This document shows, piece by piece, positions 63,295 to 63,561 of a stretch of 63,561 nucleotides of DNA (positions are counted from its first letter, which is position 1; each line of letters opens with the position of its first letter). Source of the DNA: Euprymna scolopes (Eukaryota); the NCBI GenBank assembly GCA_053919585.1, contig CM132799.1; one strand, 5' to 3'. Below the pieces are notes generated by a model. It made no database searches, was not told the DNA's origin, and saw only the letters and a list, made by a program, of their open reading frames with translations. A program made the position numbers and the translations under genes.

Positions 63295-63561
63295 TATTTT
63301 TTCTAATATATATGACTAAATAAAAAACACATATATGAGTAAATAAAAAACACATATACGTATAGTTAAATGAATTCAAATGTATCGAACGCCAAGCTAA
63401 TATTCTACAAAGTGTACACATGTAGAGATATTAAAAGTGGAATTGTATAAACAAACCAACTTCAAACCAATATTTTATAAAGTGTACACACGTTAAAGTG
63501 AAATCGTATAAGAATCCACCAAACCCTATATTGATTAATGTAAGTGTCGACGATGATATTC

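Overview
This is AT-rich eukaryotic (invertebrate) genomic DNA with five assembly gaps and no host protein-coding gene that I can support. From memory, the repeat repertoire resembles that of coleoid cephalopods (unverified). The window is a dense graveyard of transposable elements set in (TA)n and (TAA)n microsatellites. Retroelements: a near-intact but disabled 3' half of a CR1-group LINE (13331-15460) with many relatives; the endonuclease and long 5' leader of a related LINE; R4/Dong-type RLE LINEs; an RTE 3' end with three C2H2 fingers; an RTE-tailed SINE-like element with a perfect TSD; and a 5S-rRNA-derived SINE family (three copies). DNA transposons: mariner and Merlin transposase relics, non-autonomous Helitrons and a hAT MITE. 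Several minisatellites are also present. The most interesting signal, invisible in the ORF track, is a set of type I hammerhead ribozyme (HHR) motifs. At least five have a complete CUGANGA/GAAA/GUA core, and there are further decayed copies from several families. They sit in small Penelope-pLTR/retrozyme-like units (HHR, AATAAA, then (TA)n). One unit also has CCAAT and TATA boxes, and several are arranged as head-to-head inverted pairs. All folds and homologies were read by eye and need computational and experimental confirmation.
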